A DNA stretch of 64,000 nt from an uncultured Dehalococcoidia bacterium (GTDB taxonomy: Bacteria > Chloroflexota > Dehalococcoidia > SZUA-161). Shown here piece by piece: positions 60,628-64,000 of this stretch (positions are counted from its first letter, which is position 1; each line of letters begins with the position of its first letter). The DNA is taken from assembly GCA_964453665.1 (NCBI GenBank), contig CAYVQT010000004.1, positions 4,142 through 68,141 on the forward strand, in the 5' to 3' direction. Under the pieces are notes generated by a model, which searched no databases, was not told where the DNA came from, and saw nothing but the letters and a program-made list of their open reading frames with translations. The position numbers and the translations under genes were made by a program.

Positions 60628-60656
60628 AGTTTACCATAGGCAGATACAAAAGGCAA
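60628..60656 (-). promoter_or_regulatory. Putative sigma-70 promoter of rpsB-tsf
   Basis: Minus strand: TTGCCT, 17-nt spacer, TAAACT, about 100 nt upstream of the rpsB ATG. Confidence 0.4.
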
Positions 60657-60670
60657 GAGTGAGCACACAC

Positions 60671-60700
60671 TTGACAAATACCAGTCCAAGGTGCTAAATT
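60671..60700 (+). promoter_or_regulatory. Putative sigma-70 promoter preceding the CIRCE element
   Basis: TTGACA, 18-nt spacer ending in TGC, then TAAATT. CIRCE begins 8 nt downstream of the -10 hexamer. Confidence 0.6.
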
Positions 60701-60708
60701 ACGTTTGG

Positions 60709-60735
60709 TTAGCACTCGATTACATAGAGTGCTAA
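60709..60735 (+). promoter_or_regulatory. CIRCE operator (HrcA binding site), perfect consensus
   Basis: TTAGCACTC-gattacata-GAGTGCTAA equals the canonical TTAGCACTC-N9-GAGTGCTAA inverted repeat with zero mismatches. Confidence 0.9.
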
Positions 60736-60793
60736 TATTGGGCGGTAAAGACAGCGGCTACTATCATGAGCCGTTTATTGTGTGAGGTGCAAA

Positions 60794-61120
60794 TTGCCTA
60801 TTTACGAATATGAATGTAGTGCTTGCGGTATCAGGTTTGACAGGAGGCAGAAGTTCGATGAAGAACCCACAGCTATCTGTCCCGAGTGCGCAAGCAAGGC
60901 GCGTCGCGTCATTCACTCCGTGCCTGTTCTTTTCAAGGGGAGCGGATTCTATTGTACTGATCACGGCAGAGGTACGAGATACAACGCCGGCCAGAAAAAA
61001 GAAGAGGCAGAGATAAAAGAAGAGACTAAAGCTGAGACTAAAGCTGAGACTAAATCAGAGGTCAAGCCTGACAACAAGTCCGAAACTAAAAAAGAGACTA
61101 CAGCCGGGAAAAGTAGTTGA
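60794..61120 (+). CDS. FmdB-family zinc-ribbon protein with a K/E/T-rich disordered tail
   Basis: TTG start after GAGGTG gives (M)PIYEYECSACGIRFD ... CPECAS ... GSGFYCTDH, the FmdB/CxxC_CxxC_SSSS pattern. The tail is KKEEAEIKEETKAETKAETKSEVKPDNKSETKKE. Confidence 0.85.
   Translation: MPIYEYECSACGIRFDRRQKFDEEPTAICPECASKARRVIHSVPVLFKGSGFYCTDHGRGTRYNAGQKKEEAEIKEETKAETKAETKSEVKPDNKSETKKETTAGKSS
61022..61057 (+). repeat. Three tandem 12-nt units (GAGACTAAAGCT x2, GAGACTAAATCA)
   Basis: Direct reading of the sequence. Encodes ETKA-ETKA-ETKS within the FmdB-like tail. Confidence 0.9.
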
Positions 61121-61578
61121 GGGCTCTTATCCAACGAGTCTCTCAAGCGTCGGTCAGTATCGAAGGGCAGAGCGTCGCTGCCATTAAACAAGGCTTTGTA
61201 ATTTTTATTGGTGTAGGTAAAGGTGACTCAGAAGACGACGCGCGCTATCTAACAGAGAAGATATCTAACCTGCGTGTTTTCGCTGACGATTCAGGAAAAT
61301 TCAACCTCTCCATACTGGATATCGCTGGTGAGGCATTGGTAGTCAGCCAGTTCACTCTTTTTGCCAGCACCCGCAAAGGACGCCGCCCCGGTTTTACTGA
61401 CGCTGCCCCGCCCGAGGTTGCCGAGCCTCTCGTAAACACATTCGTTCAACTCGTTCGCGCTACCGGTCTAAGGGTTGAGACAGGTCGCTTCCAACAATAT
61501 ATGCAGGTCGAGATTCATAATGACGGACCGGTCACTATTTTCATAGATAGCTCGGAACGTCTGAAACCAAGGCATTAG
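61117..61578 (+). CDS. dtd: D-aminoacyl-tRNA deacylase
   Basis: MRALIQRV start, SQFTL and NDGPVT motifs. TTG start overlaps the upstream stop. Confidence 0.94.
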   Translation: MRALIQRVSQASVSIEGQSVAAIKQGFVIFIGVGKGDSEDDARYLTEKISNLRVFADDSGKFNLSILDIAGEALVVSQFTLFASTRKGRRPGFTDAAPPEVAEPLVNTFVQLVRATGLRVETGRFQQYMQVEIHNDGPVTIFIDSSERLKPRH

Positions 61579-61594
61579 TTGCAAACCTCTTTCT

Positions 61595-62395
61595 CTACTT
61601 ACCACGGTTATCTACAGTGCTCGCTCTGAATCTTGCTGCACGATTTGCAATCAAGGCCGCTATGGCTCCCGCCGGTATCCCACCATCTATATTTACCACC
61701 GCCAATCCCAGAGAACAGGACTGCAACATGGCCATCAGAGCGCCGACTCCCTTTCCGCCTAACCCGTATCCATAAGAAGTTGGGACCGCTATCAAGGGAA
61801 CATCCACCATACCAGCCAGCAAGGTGGGTAGTGCCCCCTCCCTTCCAGCCACCACAATAATCACATCTATGTCCGCTGTCATCATCTCACTTAGAGCAGG
61901 AAACAGCCTGTGGATGCCTGCTGCCCCTACGTCATAGGCAGTTGTTACCTCGCACCCCATCTCCGACGCCATCACCTTGGCCTCTTCAGCGATTGGAATA
62001 TCAGAAGTTCCAGCAGTGATAATCCCTACTCTCCCTCCTGTAGCACTCGGCGAGAAATCCCTGCTCTTTATCACTACTGTTCCACCGGGCCAGCTCTTGT
62101 GAATAAATTCACCCCCGGTTATTACCGTCTTAATAGCCCTGATATGTTTCTCACTACCCCGGCTTATTATCACCCGCCCCTTTTTAGCAAGCACCTTCGA
62201 GGCTATTTTAGCTACATCCGACGGTATCTTCCCTTCCGCAATAACCACCTCCGGTATGCCATGTCTTATCTCTCTTCCTATGTCCAGCCTCGCTAATTCT
62301 CCCACTTCCTCCACAGTCAGCATCTTAAGAGCCCTCTCAGCCTCATCAAGCGATATATCGCCTCTCGCCAGCCTCTCCAGCACCTCTCTTAACAA
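61595..62395 (-). CDS. larB: Nickel-pincer cofactor biosynthesis protein LarB (PurE-like NaAD carboxylase/hydrolase)
   Basis: N-terminal helical region, then a PurE-like domain (IITAGTSDIPIAEEA ... VVAGREGALPTLLAGMVDVPLIAVPTS). Confidence 0.85.
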   Translation of the reverse strand: MLREVLERLARGDISLDEAERALKMLTVEEVGELARLDIGREIRHGIPEVVIAEGKIPSDVAKIASKVLAKKGRVIISRGSEKHIRAIKTVITGGEFIHKSWPGGTVVIKSRDFSPSATGGRVGIITAGTSDIPIAEEAKVMASEMGCEVTTAYDVGAAGIHRLFPALSEMMTADIDVIIVVAGREGALPTLLAGMVDVPLIAVPTSYGYGLGGKGVGALMAMLQSCSLGLAVVNIDGGIPAGAIAALIANRAARFRASTVDNRGK

Positions 62396-62483
62396 AGGAT
62401 TCCTCCCTCTACACGCAAATACATAGCATATAATATATACAAGTAGTATACTAGGCTAAATTCGTTAATAAAAGAGGGGCCAA

Positions 62484-63743
62484 ATGCCGACCGATTCCAA
62501 ACGCATCCTGATTGTCGACCCACAGATAGCAGGGGTATCAGGGGACATGATGGTTGCCGCCCTGCTTGATCTCGGCGCAGACCATACGAAGGTAATAGAT
62601 GCTATGAAAACCCCCGGGCACATCTTACGAGGATGCAACGACCTTGAGATAACAGTAAAGGACACCGTCAGGCAGGATATTAGAGCCAAGCAAATCGACG
62701 TCAGAATTGACGAGGATGCTATCCACAGAACAGCCGCCGAGCTTCTGGACGCGGCGTCCTCATGCCTTCAAAGGCTGAAGCTTTCAGAAAACGCCAAGGA
62801 GTTCGCTTTAAATTCTATCAACACGCTTGTATCTGCCGAGGCGGTAATTCATAGCCAAAATATCCAGGAGGTTGTCCTTCACGAAACCGCATCAGCAGAT
62901 ACCCTGGCTGATGTACTCGGCACCGCCACAGCTCTGGACGATCTAGGGCTTCTCACTGATACTTCCATCTACTCAACCCCCATCGCGCTCGGCGGCGCTC
63001 TCTTTCAGTCCTCACATGGCACAATTTCATCGCCCGCACCGGCCACTCTGGAGATATTGCGCTCTAAAAGCTTCCTCACAATCGGTGGCCCGTCCGAAGC
63101 CGAGCTGGCAACTCCCACCGGGGTCTCGCTCCTCACCAATCTGGCATCAGAATCCGTCAGATTCTACCCGCCGATGATTCCAACACGCATCGGCTACGGT
63201 GCCGGAGCAAAAGAATTAGCTGAGATGCCAAACGTTCTCAGGGTTGTTCTTGGAGAACCGTCCGATTTCGGGCTATTAAAAGATGAGGTATACGTGATTG
63301 AGACGAACCTCGATGACGTCACCGGGGAATTGATCGGTCATGTCATGCAGAAGCTGCTTCAGGAAGGCGTCAAGGATGTAACAGCAATCCCCACATTGAC
63401 CAAGAAAGGCAGGCCCGGACACCTCATCGAAATAATCGTAGACAGGCCTATCCTGGAGAGCGTATGCAGAGTCTTGATAGAGGAGACAGGAACACTGGGC
63501 GTAAGAATTCATAGCTGTGAGAGGCGTGTCCTCGCCAGACATTCTATCCCTATCGAGGTAACCGTTGGAGACGTGAAAAGGGTCATCAGGGTCAAAGTGG
63601 CTAAAAGCAGTGGCGGCCAGGTCGTTCAAATAAAACCGGAATACGATGATGTTAAAAGCCTTGCTGATGAAACAGGCAAGCCTCTGAGGGAAATCGAGGA
63701 ATCCATAAAAAGAAAAGCCGGGGAAGCTTTAGACCAATACTGA
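62484..63743 (+). CDS. larC: Nickel insertion protein LarC (DUF111)
   Basis: ILIVDPQIAGVSGDMMVAALLDLGAD N-terminus typical of LarC. 419 aa. Confidence 0.88.
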   Translation: MPTDSKRILIVDPQIAGVSGDMMVAALLDLGADHTKVIDAMKTPGHILRGCNDLEITVKDTVRQDIRAKQIDVRIDEDAIHRTAAELLDAASSCLQRLKLSENAKEFALNSINTLVSAEAVIHSQNIQEVVLHETASADTLADVLGTATALDDLGLLTDTSIYSTPIALGGALFQSSHGTISSPAPATLEILRSKSFLTIGGPSEAELATPTGVSLLTNLASESVRFYPPMIPTRIGYGAGAKELAEMPNVLRVVLGEPSDFGLLKDEVYVIETNLDDVTGELIGHVMQKLLQEGVKDVTAIPTLTKKGRPGHLIEIIVDRPILESVCRVLIEETGTLGVRIHSCERRVLARHSIPIEVTVGDVKRVIRVKVAKSSGGQVVQIKPEYDDVKSLADETGKPLREIEESIKRKAGEALDQY

Positions 63744-63747
63744 ACCC

Positions 63748-64000
63748 ATGAACAATACCGATAACAAACCTTATTCAGACAAAATAGACGGGATAATAGA
63801 AGCCCTCGGGCAAAGGCACTCTGCCATAGTGGCTCTCTCGGGTGGTGTTGACAGCACGCTTGTGGCGGCTCTAGCACACAGGGCTCTAGGGCAAAAAGCG
63901 CATGCCGTCACTATTGATTCGCCCCTGGTGTCATCAAAAGACCTGGAAAGCGCTATAAGTATAGCTGGCGAAATCGGTATAAAACTTACGACTTTGGAGC
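63748..64000 (+). CDS. larE: ATP-dependent sacrificial sulfur transferase LarE (PP-loop ATPase), 3' end beyond the window
   Basis: ATG at 63748. Product MNNTDNKPYSDKIDGIIEAL...VALSGGVDSTLVAALA carries the SGGxDS PP-loop. Not in the ORF track because no stop lies in the window. Confidence 0.8.
   Translation, partial: MNNTDNKPYSDKIDGIIEALGQRHSAIVALSGGVDSTLVAALAHRALGQKAHAVTIDSPLVSSKDLESAISIAGEIGIKLTTLE

Overview
This 64 kb window is gene-dense (about 90% coding) and reads as bacterial core chromosome. Gene content (atpZ-type F1Fo operon, Rex, RemA, CIRCE, DUF5679, ETF, LarBCE) suggests a Chloroflexota-like or other monoderm-type lineage; that placement is low-confidence inference.

Recognisable content, in order:
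- groEL 3' end, a GDE-type glucosidase, an M16 peptidase, a geranylgeranyl-reductase-like flavoprotein and ilvE
- a GT2-GtrA / membrane protein / PAP2 trio and a B12-type radical SAM gene
- uvrB and a complete atpZ-B-E-F-H-A-G-D-C operon
- rex, an APC permease, gmk-remA, aroA-tyrA, etfBA, two cvpA paralogs, nfi and prfB (with the classical +1 frameshift)
- an MA-peptidase plus an orphan solute-binding protein
- an ino1 / GT4 / CDP-alcohol-transferase inositol cluster
- truB-rbfA-infB-ylxR-nusA, proS, and ispG-rseP-dxr-cdsA-uppS-frr-pyrH-tsf-rpsB
- an FmdB-like zinc-ribbon gene plus dtd, and larB/larC/larE

I saw no rRNA, tRNA, CRISPR array, transposase or integrase.

Most interesting region: 12.4-17.1 kb. 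A low-GC gene encodes a TIR-like (PF10137-like) N-domain, a coiled coil and TPR repeats, including a 100/102-identical 102-bp tandem duplication of one TPR unit. It sits between a membrane-anchored Hjc-like nuclease gene and uvrB, with spacers of 28 and 2 nt. Just after uvrB, a low-GC DUF559 endonuclease cassette is bracketed by nested GC-rich hairpin repeats.

Other leads:
- a perfect CIRCE operator in front of the FmdB-like/dtd pair
- an unannotated 38-aa membrane ORF inside the atp operon
- an unannotated DUF5679 mini zinc-ribbon gene
- a promoter-proximal intrinsic terminator in the nusA leader
- a 615-bp orphan intergenic region with a consensus promoter and strong hairpins

All family assignments come from motif recognition by eye. 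No database search was run.
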